NCBI GenBank assembly: GCA_043228905.1
Contig: JBHGNT010000018.1
Coordinates: 5,084,001 to 5,148,000, forward strand
Length of the DNA stretch: 64,000 nt
DNA from: Azolla caroliniana
Lineage: Eukaryota > Plantae > Polypodiophyta
Direction: 5' to 3'
The position numbers and the translations under genes were made by a program. Shown here in pieces: positions 35,909 to 48,500 of the stretch (positions within the stretch are counted from its first letter, which is position 1; every line of letters begins with the position of its first letter). Below the pieces are notes generated by a model, which had not been told where the DNA came from, searched no databases, and saw only the letters and a program-made list of their open reading frames with translations.

Positions 35909-38900
35909 GTATACAACGTACTCAACAACACTATTTATACAAGTCCTAAGAGGACTGACAGAAGTACGGTGTACTTCAATGCTCACACAAGCATCTGACA
36001 CTAACTACGAGACATTAACTACCTACTAGTCTGGGCTCCTACTAGGCTTCCGGTTACTACTTGATCTGGCTCACCGACTCACTTGCTCACCGGCTCACCG
36101 ATGCGGCTCATCCTTCCAGATGCCGATCCGGATCCGGTTGAGCTTGCTGCTCAACACTCCCCCTCAAGCTCAACTTGAGGTCGGATCGTAGCGTCAGTCT
36201 CCATGGCAGCCAGTCCTTCCACCCGGCTCCTTGTGGCGTCACTCCACCTCGCTCGTGCTCCTCGTCCAGTTTGGTCCCGTTTGTTGTGACCCTTCTGATT
36301 CTGCGCACCTCGACCTCCTCGGTCGGCTTGTCTGCTCAACAGGCCCAATTCAGCTCCCTCGCTGTTGTGACTTCGGCGCTTGCCGATTCGCCGATTCCTT
36401 CGTGTTGGCGTCGACTTTCGCTGCCTTCTCGTCATCTTGGCCTTGAATTGATCTAGTTCTTCCGATGAACCGAATCAACTGTCTCCAATTCGTTCCAGCT
36501 CTTGTCCGAATCGGTCGCTCCTAATTCGTTTTCTGGTTCCATGCCCTTCACCACATTGGACCATGTCCGGGTCTTGGCCTTCTTCTTCTAGTTGACTCTT
36601 TCCTTATTGACTCTGCCGCCGTTGCCGCTTGCTCCGATTTGTTCTGATGTGTCAACTTCCTTTGTCGATTCGGCTCCTTTCTTCTTCTTGTCTCTGCCTT
36701 TATCGATTCTTCCCTCACCGACGCAATCAATAGTTTCTTTGCCTTTGCCCGTTCCAGTGTCTTTGCTTGTTCTCTCCCTCAAGTGTGGCACGTCGAGATG
36801 CTGAACACCAAGCATTTCAGTGAAGTGCTGCAACTTGTCCGACCCGAGCGGTTTGGTGAAGATGTCGGCAACTTGCCGATCCATATGAACATACCAAAGT
36901 TCAACTCCACCGCTCAAGACACGCTCACGCATGAAGTGGTAGTCCAGTTCTATGTGCTTTGTGCGAGCATGGAATACGGGGTTCTTGGCGAGCTGCATGC
37001 TGCTGATGTTGTCGTAGTAGATCAGGATCGGGGTCGGCACCTCGATCCCCAGGTCATGCAGTAGTCGCCGAAGCCAAATAGCTTCACAGGTGGCAACAAT
37101 AGCGCCCCGGTATTCAGCCTCAGTGCTCGAAAGGGCCACTGTTGGCTACTTTTTGCTGCTCCATGCAACAATCGCGCTACCCAGGGAAAACATATAGTCG
37201 GAGGTGGATCGGCGATTCGATGCATCGTCGGCCCAGTCGGCATCGGTATAGCCGACTAGCTCTCTGGTTATACCATGCCGGTATAACAGTCCCCGGTCCT
37301 TCGTGCCGCTCACATATCGCAAAATTCGATGTGCGCACAAAAGGTGCTCCACGGTTGGCTTCTACATATATTGGCTGATCATGCCGACCGGATAACTGAT
37401 GTCGGGTCGGGTGATTGTCAAATATATAAGGCTTCCGACTATTTGTCAGAACCGCTTCTCATCGCAGGCCGGTCCGGAATCGGGATGGAGCCTCTGGTTC
37501 TGGTCCAGAGGTGTGGAGATCGGTCATCATTCTGTCATGCGGAACTTGTACAACATATTCAATACATAGTGTCTTTGTGAGAGCAATATGTCTTCGGGGG
37601 TTCAGATCACCTCGATACTAAGGAAATAGTGAAGGTCCCCCAGGTCCTTCATCTCAAATGCGTCTGACAGCTGGGACTTAACTCGGTTGATTTCATCGAG
37701 TCCGGGTCGGGTGATGACCAGAACAGCAACATACAACAAGATGCAAACTGGACCGTCCGGACCTTGCCGGATGAACAATGAAGAGTCGGACTTGGAGGCC
37801 GCAAACCCCATCTTAAACAACCTGTCTGTGATCTTCGCATTCCAAGCTCGGGGGGCTTGCTTCAGACCATAAAGTGACTTCTTCAGCCGGCATACCGCTG
37901 ACTTGTTCATCTACGATTGGAAACCGGGGGGTTGGGTCATAAAGAACTCTTCTTCAAGATCGCCTTGAAGAAATGCATTCTTCATGTCCATCTGGTGAAG
38001 ATGCCACCCCCTTGCCGCAGCATCCGCCAGCACCACACGAACCATCGTCATCTTCGCTACCAGAGCGAAGGTCTCGTCGTAGTCGATTTTGTGGGTCTGC
38101 GCATATCCCTTCGCCACTAACCGGGCCTTGTACCGGTTAACCGAACCGTCGCCATTGCACTTTACCTTGTACACCCACTTACATCCGATCGGTTTACAGT
38201 GTCGGGGAGGGTCAACTAGGTCCCATGTGTCGTTGGCATCAAGTGCCCGCATTTCTTCCTCCATAGCGGCACGCCAATTTGCGTCCTTTTCCGCTTCTGC
38301 GTAGCTCTCTGGATCATGCACTTCCGCCACCTTGGTCATGTACACATAGTGATGCGCCATGTACTCATTGTACCCGTACCGCTTCAAGAGGTTCTTCTGA
38401 CGGGACGACCGACATAACTTATCGTTACCCGGTTTTAGGCCCTTCTTGGCCGGTTCAGTCTTTGTTGCCGAAGATCCGTCTTCTTCTTTTTCGGAGTCGG
38501 ATCCACTACGATTTGACTCACCATTGCTGGTCTCGTGCTCCAGAATCTTCCTCTTCCCCTTTTCCTTGCGCGTGAACCGTCTCCTCGGTTCCTTGCTCGG
38601 GGGGAACACGACAGAGTCTCCACTATTAACCGGTTCATCTTCCAACTGGTCTGTCTGACCCAGTCACTCGTTCCGCCCGCTCAACCGAAACGATTCCGGA
38701 CTCACATCTAGAGTCTCAAACCCTTCGTCTTCTAACTGGACCGGTTCAGGCTCACTAGCCTCATCCTCCGGTATCGGGACGGGGTCGGAAGTCGGAGCCG
38801 GTAAGGCATACCATGATGCCGTCTCATCAGAGCCAATATCCCGGCTTACTCGGACCTGCTTAGTCCGGGGGTTATAGCACTTATACCGCTTTCACTCATG

Positions 38901-40690
38901 CGAGTAATCGACTAGAATGCACTTCTCCGACTTCGGATCCAGCTTCCTCCACTTCTCATTCGATACATTCGGTTTTGGATGTAGACGGTCGTCCCGACCG
39001 CCTCGGCCCAGTAGAAATGGGGCATGCTCTTCTCCTCCAGTATTGCCCTTGGCGTGTCGACAATCGACCGGTTCTTCCTTTTGGCCACACCATTTTGCTC
39101 TAGGTGGTACTTGCAGTTGAATTCTCTCCGAATTCTGTTCTGCTGCAAATAACTGTTGAATTGGCCGGAAAAGTATTCTTTCCCGCCATCCGACCGTAGG
39201 CACTTGATCTTCCTGTCCGTTTCCCGTTCAAACAAGGTTTGAAGGTTCTGGAAACACTCGAAGACTTCGCTCTTCTGCTCAATGAGGTAGATCCATGTGT
39301 GCCTGCTGTAGTCGTCAATGAAGGAGACAAAGTATCGACTCCCGGCAACACTAATGTTCTGTGCTGGTCCCCATACATCCGAATGAATAAGGTTGAGCTT
39401 GTTACGGCTACGGTTTCATTCAGTGGGGAATGGAAGCCGGTGTTGCTTCCCGAGTTGGTAGGCTTCACTTACTTGGACCTTCCTGCCACTGAACTTCGGC
39501 AAACCGAAAACAACTTGTTTCGTTTGCAGGTCTTGAAGCCTCTGGTAATTGGCGTGGCCGATCCTCTTGTGCCAGAGATCAATATCCGATTCAATCTTCT
39601 GTCCTTTGGCGAACAAAGCGGTGCCGACGTCATTGGTGTCGAGGATGAACATCCTCCTATCTCTGCGCCCTTGCGCAATAATCTGGCCCTCTTCCTCGAT
39701 GAAGCACCCAAGGTCAACAATCTAACCGACTAACACCAGGTTCTTCGTGATAGTCGGAACGTCTAATACGTTCATCAGCTTCCCCCTCTGTCCAACGTGG
39801 CTCAAAGGGACTTCTCCGACATGCACGATTGGGTGAGGAGTGTCATCTCCGGTTTCGACGACTCCCAGTTGTTCCGGTTTCTCCAAGAAGGAGCACCACT
39901 CTTTGTGGCTCGTCATGTGATTCGACGCGCTGGAATCCACGTACCACACTTCCTCCGATTTGGAATTGGTCTTCTTCATTGAGTTAGCCTCGTGTTTCAT
40001 CACCAAGGCTGGCCCTTTACCAGCTTTTCCGGTTTTGGATCCTCCTGATCCTTTTGTGTAGTGCGTGTATTGTCGGTTCTCTCTGTCGGCCTTGCCATAT
40101 CCGGATCTGTCCGAATCGGCACGCTTCTTCAAGCATTTGCTTTCTCTGTGGTCCTTTTTACCACAGTACCAGCATTCCGTGTCGGCCTTTGCTTGCCGGC
40201 CTCTAGCGCCACCTTGACTCCCCCTACTTGTGGAGGGTCCGGAACTGTTGTCGGCACGTTCTTTGTGCCTTCGGTCCTACTCTTGCTGGCTGCTACCATT
40301 GCGAGCCAACCCGCCTCGTCCACCACGTCCGCGGGGCCGATCCGCCTCCGTGTACAACATCTGACTGTCGGTGGGTGCACTTGTTGACACACCGTCGTGG
40401 TTCTCCTCTACAAGGAGCATCGACTGTAAGTCGAAAAATGATGGCGTTCGGAACGCTCTAAACTTAGATGCTAGGCCCCCAAGACAGATATGCACCATCT
40501 CATCTTCCTCTACATTGTCGTTGCTAGAGGTAAGTGAGTCAGAGATCTCTTTGATTCGGGCCGTGTAATCGGCTACCGACATGTCCTTCTGTTGGACATT
40601 GCTCAACTCCTGTCGGAGTTGCAGCTTCTGGGCCGTAGTGCTTACCGCGAAAACCTTCTTCAGGTTTCCCCAAGCTTCTTTTGGCGTCGG
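35909..40690 (-). mobile_element. Copia family A, copy A1 (5'-truncated in gag). 3' LTR remnant 35909-36156, PPT 36157-36164.
   Basis: Minus-strand gag (QLRQELSNV), CWYC knuckle, WYVDSSAS, WHKRIGH, integrase, RT and RNaseH. The LTR matches A2. Confidence 0.9.
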
Positions 40691-42900
40691 GGTCGGAATA
40701 CCGAACAAGACTCCTGACTCAACTAGTTCAACAAATGTCGATCGTCAAAAAGAACCGATCAAAGAATCCGAACTAGATATTACGGCACCCAGGAGATCTG
40801 GACAAGCTCGAAGGCAAACAGAGTTTTATCAACCGGGCCTCGACTATGTCAACTACACAGATGCAGGCGAACCAAGCACGTATGACGAAGCTATGGCCGC
40901 ACCGGACGCCGAAACATGGCTGCAAGCCATGAAATCTGAAATGGACTCGATTCATCAGAATAAGACATGGGAGTTGGTCGAACTACCAGCAAGAAGAAAA
41001 CCGCTACCTTGCAAATGGGTGTTCCGATACAAGTATGTATTCGACTCAAAGAAACCCAAGTACAAAGCTCGGCTTGTCGCGAAAGGATTCAAACAAGAAT
41101 ATGGGGTCGACTACGACGAGATATTCTCACCAGAAGTGAAGGCGACAGAAGATCTAGAGCTTGAGCAGATGGACGTAAAGACGACATTCCTACACGGAGA
41201 TCTGGAAGAAGACATATACATGTCTCAACCGGCAAGCTTCCCAGCGACTGGGGAGGACAATCACCTCATATGCAGACTAAAGAAAAGTCTATATGGCCTC
41301 AAACAAGCACCGAGAATGTGGTACCAAAAGTTTGACTCCCACATAAGGAAGCTTGGATACAACAGATCAGACTCTGACCCATGCATGTATGTTCGACAAC
41401 TGGCCCGACAAGTCCAGGATCTATCTGATCCTTTATGTCGACGACATGTTGATTGCAGGGAGCAATCAAGTAGAGATCAGAAAGCTGAAGCGGAGCCTTC
41501 ACGCAAAGTTCGCGATGAAGGAGCTCGGACAAGCCCGACACATACTAGGCATGAGGATAGAGCGAAATCAAATGACCAAAACTCTCCAACTCTCCCAGTC
41601 CGAAAACATCCGCAAGGTGCTGAAGCACTTCAACATGGAGAATGCGAAGCCAGCACCAACACCACTTCCAACATCGATCAGAATATCAGGCAGAGACTCT
41701 CCAGCAAACGACAAGGAGAAAGAGCTTAATGGAAAGATACCCTACGCATCGGCAGGTTGATGTTGTCAAATTGAATGTCAATTGTGTTACCCGGCTGGCA
41801 AGAAGGCTTAAGGAGGTCCACACCAGAGTGTGAAAGGAATAGTTTATTCGGGAACTGTTGTAATTAGTAGTCTTAATATATATTAATATATGAGAAGATG
41901 TGGACGGACGGACCGGAATCGGTATGCCGATCCGGATCCCGAAAAGGTGTCGGTTGGCACCGTTTTGTACTTCGCACCAGAGACCTATATAAAGGCCCGG
42001 TTACAATGTAATCGACAACGGATAATTAATAGTACTTATTGCCTTAATCTTTATTGATTACCGTTGTGTACTCATTGTTATATCTTACGCGTGTTAATGA
42101 TGTGTTGCTAAGTAACCTATTAAGGTCTAATTAAGTGTTGTGTCGCAAGTCATTCTACCGTAACACCCTTTGGTGAAGTGTCTTAAGTGGACACCTTGTG
42201 TTAGACTGTTGTCCGGCCCTAGGATTAACAAGTTGTGCATCCGTGGTTCCTTTCAGATACCTAAGGATGTGTTTGATGGCCTCACAATGCTTCTTTCTTG
42301 GGTTTGACATGTACCGGTTGACCACCCCTACGGCATAGGCTAGGTCAGGTCGGGTCGCCACCATTGCGTACATGATGAAGTCGAAGGCTACACCGATTCC
42401 AACTACGCTGGAAACACAGATAATCGGAAATCGACATCAGGCAACATCTTCACCTGTAGTGGTGGTGCAATATCATGGAGGTCGAAACTACAGGAGTGCA
42501 CGACTCTCTCTACCACAGAAGCTGAGTACATAGCAGCGTCGGAAGCAGCGAAGGAAGCGATCTGGCTGCACCGACTGTCTGCCGATTTCGAAACTGAAAA
42601 CTGAATAGACCGACCAACACCGACCATCTATTGCGACTCACAAAGCAAAATACACCTCATCAACAATCCCGTCTACCATGCGAAGATGAAGCAAACTGAG
42701 GTGTGGTATCATCATATCCGGGAGCTCGTGACCAAGAAGAAACTCAAAGTTCAGAAGATCAACATCGAGGTGAACATCGTCGATTGCCTGACGAAGCCAC
42801 TCCCAGATCAACGCTTCGGAATGCTAAGGACGAAGATGGGGCTATGATAAGCGACCGAGCAGAAGAAAGCCGAACGATGAGCAGAAGGGAAGAGCTGACC
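40690..42900 (+). mobile_element. Copia family D RT-RNaseH fragment, with an insertion and an internal micro-inversion
   Basis: [43 protein letters not shown] and STTEAEY motifs. Confidence 0.85.
41785..42165 (+). mobile_element. LTR-like segment (TGTTAC...GTAACA) within family D
   Basis: Perfect 6-bp terminal inverted repeat and an internal TATATAAA. The flanks show no TSD. Confidence 0.55.
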
Positions 42901-43225
42901 GACACTCATACTATACCTCTGCCAACTCGGCTACTTGCCGATAGACTTGTAACATAAGATCTAGTTAAATTTGTAATCTAGGTTTACAGGGGAGATAACC
43001 CCAACCACTTGTACATGGAAGAAAGAGTAGTCCTTTTACGGGGAAGTTTGTTGGCATAAAAGGCCGACTCCTTCCAAGTTGTATCCGTCCGAGTGTGAAC
43101 TCGTTAATAAGTTAGGGCTTAGTATATAAGCGAATACCTAACATTGTAATGAGAGAGGATGACGAGTAGACGATTGTAATCTCTGTGAGAGAAAAACGCG
43201 TTGTGTAGAAATAAGAAGCTCTCCA

Positions 43226-44730
43226 TTAAAGCTTGCAACTGTGTAAGTCTATATCGTGCACCAACTTCGTTAGCTCCTCTAGAGCTGAGCCCCTAGACGG
43301 TCCTACGACCACATTGGTCAGCAGCGTGCCCCACTTGAGCCACCGTCTCATTTTGGCCGCTCTCGTCAGAAGCGGTTCCTCTGACTTCCTCCTGGCACCC
43401 GCGTCGGTCGTCGACGACCCTGCGTCGTTCCAATCGTGCTGCTTGTCGAAACGACTGCAAACTCTTTTGACCACAGCCCAGTCGGCCGTGAGCCCTTCAT
43501 CCGTCTCCAAGAGGAAACCAACCTTCTCGCGGTCGAGCACGTTGACCGACTTCACAAACATTAGGACCTTGCTCGTATCGAGCACGGTCCGGTCTAGCAT
43601 CAAGAGTCGCGCGAACCCCCTTTCGAACTCCTGAAGCATGGCCAACGTATTCCGTCCCTTGTCAAGGCTCTCGACCCAATCCATAACGTCCTTCTTCGAC
43701 AGCCAGAGAGAGTCATCAAAGTCGTACTTCTCGAGCAGCCGCCCCTCGAAGTTTGCCCAATTACGGCAGTCCGCTTGCACTTCGAGCACCTCCACACGGA
43801 TGCTCGGCATTACAACCCGAGGGAACCAGGACAACCGTCTGTCCTCCAGAACATTCCTCATTAGCATCTCGGCCCTGTAGGCTTCCAAGTAGCTTGTTGT
43901 GTCTTTCCCATTAAACCGGCCTATCTTGTCGACCATCGTTTCTATGACCCTATCAAGGGCGCTCGTGCCCTCATAAGCGATAACTAGGCGGTCTACAACC
44001 CCCGCCATTGCTTCAATGAGTTCACTTCCTCTCATCTCCGGACTCTTTTGTTGCCCCTTTCACGTCGGGTTCACCAAAGATGTCACGGTTTTCCGCGAGT
44101 AAGTGTTGAAACGGGCAGGACCACGGGGGTCTCGAACCAAGGAGTTTGAGGGAGTAGGAAGGCCAACCGTGATGGTGGGCCTGATCGGTTGCCGGAAGCC
44201 GGATAGCGAGTGTGTAGGTTCGCGGAAGGAACTGTGTCGTGTAGTTCACATGTAGAGCGGGAAACCCGTTATGAAGAAATAGAAATAGAGATGAAAACCC
44301 GAAACGAGAAGCTTATAGATTAAGGTAAGAATATTACAACCAGGCTTGGCCGGTAGGAGACCCATACGCTCTACAAAACACACCCCCACCCATACACGCA
44401 CACAAACAAACCAAGGAGCCTCTGGTCAGGAGTTCACGGGCTTCTGACGCGAGCAGAGGCTTCCTTACATAGAGCGAGAGAGGGGGGGGAGGGGGGAGCC
44501 CTCCCGTTTTATAGCACAAGGGGACACCATTACATGGTGATCGGTGTCAGAGATTCCCCGCCCCCCCGATTTCTTTTGTGCCTGTGGGACTTTAAAGTAC
44601 CTCATTAAATTCTACTACCTAGTACTTACTAGTCCTATTCTATTTACATTATGCCAATACATAATACTTGATTCGTGTGCATCGATGCACACACCTGTTC
44701 GCATGCACTTGGCTCCGTTTCTCTTTGTGG
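43226..44730 (-). mobile_element. Ty3/Gypsy 5' end: LTR (~44730-44081), tRNA-Trp PBS (44059-44076), gag ORF (44035-43226), truncated
   Basis: Minus strand reads ..GTGACA-TCTT-TGGTGAACCCGACGTGAA, complementary to the plant tRNA-Trp 3' end. The ORF has gag-like GRFNGKD..YL..Y..W..F..L..Y spacing. Confidence 0.8.
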
Positions 44731-45530
44731 TCAGAATTTCTTAATGGTTGCGCCTCTAGCAGCATCCTTTATAACCTCTTAATCGCCTTCTTTGCTCTTG
44801 CTTCATTCGAACTTCCTTCCCTTCTTGAGCAACCCATACAAAGGTGTTGAGCGGCAAGCTCAACCGGATCCGGATCGGTTGAATAAGCCTGAGCCGGATC
44901 AGCATCCGAAAGGATGAGCCGGTGAGCAATTGAGCAAGTGAGCCAATGACCTGGGGAGCTGGATAGCTAGATCAAGCAGTAACTGGGAGCCTAGTAGTAG
45001 CCTAGACTACTAGGTAGTTAATGTCTTGTAGTTAGTGTCAGACGCTCGTGTGAGCATTGAAGTACACCGTACCTCTGTCAGTCCTCTTAGGACTTGTATA
45101 AATAGTGTTGTTGAGCACCTTGTATGTACAGAGAATTTTACAGAGTTGTTGATAATATATTTAAGTTGTTTTGCTCTTTCTCTGTCTCTCCTGCGTACCT
45201 TCTTAGTGTTAATCTCTCTCTCTTTGTTGCTATACAGCTAAGCTGGTTGTCTAACGCTTCCACACCTTCGTTTTTACATGGTATCAGAGCGCGAGGTTTA
45301 AGAACCTTTGTAGCCGACATCAGCATCTAAAGACAAACCCTAAGACCCGGTAAGAACAGAAAGAGAAGTGATGGACAGAGGAATGGCTAGCTCGCTCCCG
45401 GTGGAGAAGCTCGACAGATTCAACTACGCATCTTGGTCATACAAGATCCACCAGTACCTGCTTGGGCATGGTTACTGGAGCTATGTTGACGGAGCTAACA
45501 ACACACCACCTGATGCGGCACACAAGGACT

Positions 45531-48500
45531 TGACAGGAACTACACGCTTCGATGAACAACACTCGGCCACAACCGAGCTTAGAATCAAAACATAGAAAAA
45601 AACGGGGAATGTATGCACGACACAAAGGAGAGAAAAGTACACAGGATGTTTAACGTGGAAAACCCTGAGAGGGAAAAACCACGGGAGTCCACAGACTCCA
45701 AACTATCACTATATCACAATGATTACAACAGTGAGCTCACGGAGGCAACGACCTCGTGCTCACGATCTTCGCCACAGGCGGCGGTTACAACAGAGGCAAC
45801 GACCTCTTTCTCTCTCTCTATCTGTACACTGTTACGTGCTCTCTCTTCTTGCACCAACAAGAATGACAACCACATCACCACACATAAAGTTTGCCCTAAG
45901 TCATATTTATACTAATATGACTTTTCGGCTATTTACAAATATAGCCTCAATGGACTCTCAAAAACATCCAGTGAGCACTTCTCACCGGGCCTTCACAATC
46001 TGGGTCTTGCCGGGTACTCCTCATCCGGCTCCCACCGGGTCTTCCGTAACCGGGTACTCCTCATCCGGTTCTCACCGGGTCTTCCGTTTCTGGGTACTCC
46101 ACATCCAGATTCGGTCGAGGCTCCTCATCAGTACTGTTCTTCTCATTTCCCATCCAGAGGAACTTGTTTCCTAACAAACTCCCCCTTCACTCCGGCATGG
46201 GATGTCTTACTAGTCCGATCCGCTTCCGGCATGCGTCCAGCTTGTCGGGTATCAGTACTTTGGTCAGCATATCTGACCCGTTCTCGGCTGTGTGAAGCTT
46301 CGTCAGCGCGAACTCCTGGTCATCTACTCGCTCCCGGATCCAGTGATACCTGTGCTGGATGTGCTTTGTCCGGGAATGGTAGGCCGCATTCTTAGCAAGG
46401 TGGATGGCACTTTGACTGTCGCAATAGAGCTGGTATTCATCTTGCCGAATACCGAGCTCTCCGATGAAGTCCTTCATCCATAGTATTTCCTTGCTGGCTT
46501 CCACAACCGCCATGTACTCCGCCTCCGTGGTTGACAACGCAACCGTCTTTTGCAGCCTCGATTGCCACGAAACAGCTCCCCCTGCATATGTCATTACATA
46601 CCCGGATGTAGACCAGCTGGTATCCACATCAGCCGACATGTCCGAATCGGTAAAACCGTCAAGTTGAGGTTTACCGGAGCCAAATCGGAGACACATGTTC
46701 GAAGTGCCCTTCAAGTACCGGAGTATCCATTTGACCGCGTTCCAATGCTCCTTGCCAGGATTGCTCATGAACCGGCTCACCATTCCAACTGCGTATCCTA
46801 TATCCGGTCGGGTACACACCATTATGTACATTAAGCTCTCGACAGCAGAGGCATATGGAACCTTCATCATATCAGACTTCTCTGCTTTCGTATTCGGGCT
46901 TTGCTTACCGGATAATCTGCAGTTTGCCGGGAGTGTCAATCCGACCGGTTTCGCTTCTAACATGTTGAACCGTTGAAGCACCTTTGTCACGTATTTCTCC
47001 TGTGACAGCCACAACTGCTTTGTTGGCCGGTTCTGGATGATATGCATCCCCAACATCTGTCTTGCCGGACCCAAGTCTTTCATTGTGAAGGTTTGATTGA
47101 GAGCCTTCTTCAGCATTCGTATTTTGGCTTGGTCCCGTCCGACGATCAACAGGTCGTCCATGTACAGAAGGAGTATCAGGAAGTCGCCTCCTTCGAACTT
47201 CTTCACAAACACGCAGTGATCAGCCTGCATCTTGTGGTACCCTTGATCGGTCATGAAGGAGTCGAACTTCCGGTACCATTGTCGGGGAGCCTGCTTCAGT
47301 CCGTACAAGCTCTTCTTCAACCGGCATACCAAGTGCTCCTTCCCTTTCACCACGAATCCTTCCGGTTGCTGCATGTAGATCTCCTCTTCGAGGTCACCGT
47401 GAAGAAATGTCATCTTCACGTCTAGCTGCTCTACCTCGAGGTCCATGCTAGCCGCTATACTCAGCACCGTCCGGATGGAGGTCATCTTTACTACCGGGGC
47501 AAATATCTTGTCGAAGTCCACGCCCTTCTTCTGCTGGAACCCCTTCACCACGATCCTGGCTTTGTATCTCGGGGGGTTGCCGGCATCTCCCGGTTTCAAC
47601 TTGTACACCCACTTATTTCGGAGTGCCCGCTTTCCTTTCGGCAACTCCACCAATTCGTACGTATGGTTCTCATGCAGGGAATCCATCTCATCCTGCATGG
47701 CACTTAACCATTTTCAGTTGTGGGTGTCATCCTTTGTTTCTTCGAAGCTTTCTACCTCCCCCTCATTGGTTAGCAGCACGTGCTCTGTATCCAGAAATCT
47801 CCGGGGGGCCCTTCTCTCTCTGAAAGGATATCTCCGTCTTTGGGCTTCGGTAACCGGCTCCTCCATTTGCTCCGAATCCGAATCCGATTCGGGGTCTTGG
47901 TTGGTTCCGGTTTCAGCTTCCTCTACTTCTTCTTCTGCCGGTTCGATATCCTCACCGTAATCGGCTCGTTCCTCGAGTGCTAATCGGTCTCTTGCCGGCT
48001 GGGTCTGCTCATCGTAGAGTCGATCCTTACCGGTCTACTCGGAGTTCATTATCTTCTTCTGTGACTCCCAGTTCGGTCCTCCATGAAGATAATATCTCGA
48101 CTCCAGAATACCTTCTTGTCGACCGGGTCCCACAATCGGTAGACGAACTCATCGTCGTCGTAACCGAGGAATATGCATGTTCAGGTCTTTGGATCTAACT
48201 TTCCTCTCCGGTCCTTAGCTACATGCACGTACGCGAGACACCCGAACACCTTCAGATACCGGTAGGACACTTCCTTACCGGTCCATACTCTTTGTGGCGT
48301 GTCTCCATCCAAGGGTACTCAAGGTGATCTGTTTATCACATATGTCGACGTCGACAGTGCCTCAGCCCAAAACGTCTTGGGTAGTTTTGCATGCGCCAGC
48401 ATACTCCAGACCCTCTCCATTATAATCTGGTTCATCCTCTCGGCCAGCTCGTTTAGTTCCGGCATCTTCAGCATGGTAAATTCGAGCTGGATTCCCTTCG

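Larger units (their letters stand above)
29887..35912 (+). mobile_element. Copia family B, copy B1: 5' LTR 29887-30556, mutated PBS-Met 30560-30571, gag-pol 30587-35568 (many stops), PPT, 3' LTR 35578-~35912 (truncated)
   Basis: TGTTAGG..TCA LTR. Gag, CCHC-like knuckle, WVVDSGAS protease, WHKRLCH, integrase core, YVDD RT and RNaseH in Copia order. Inserted into A0. Confidence 0.92.
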
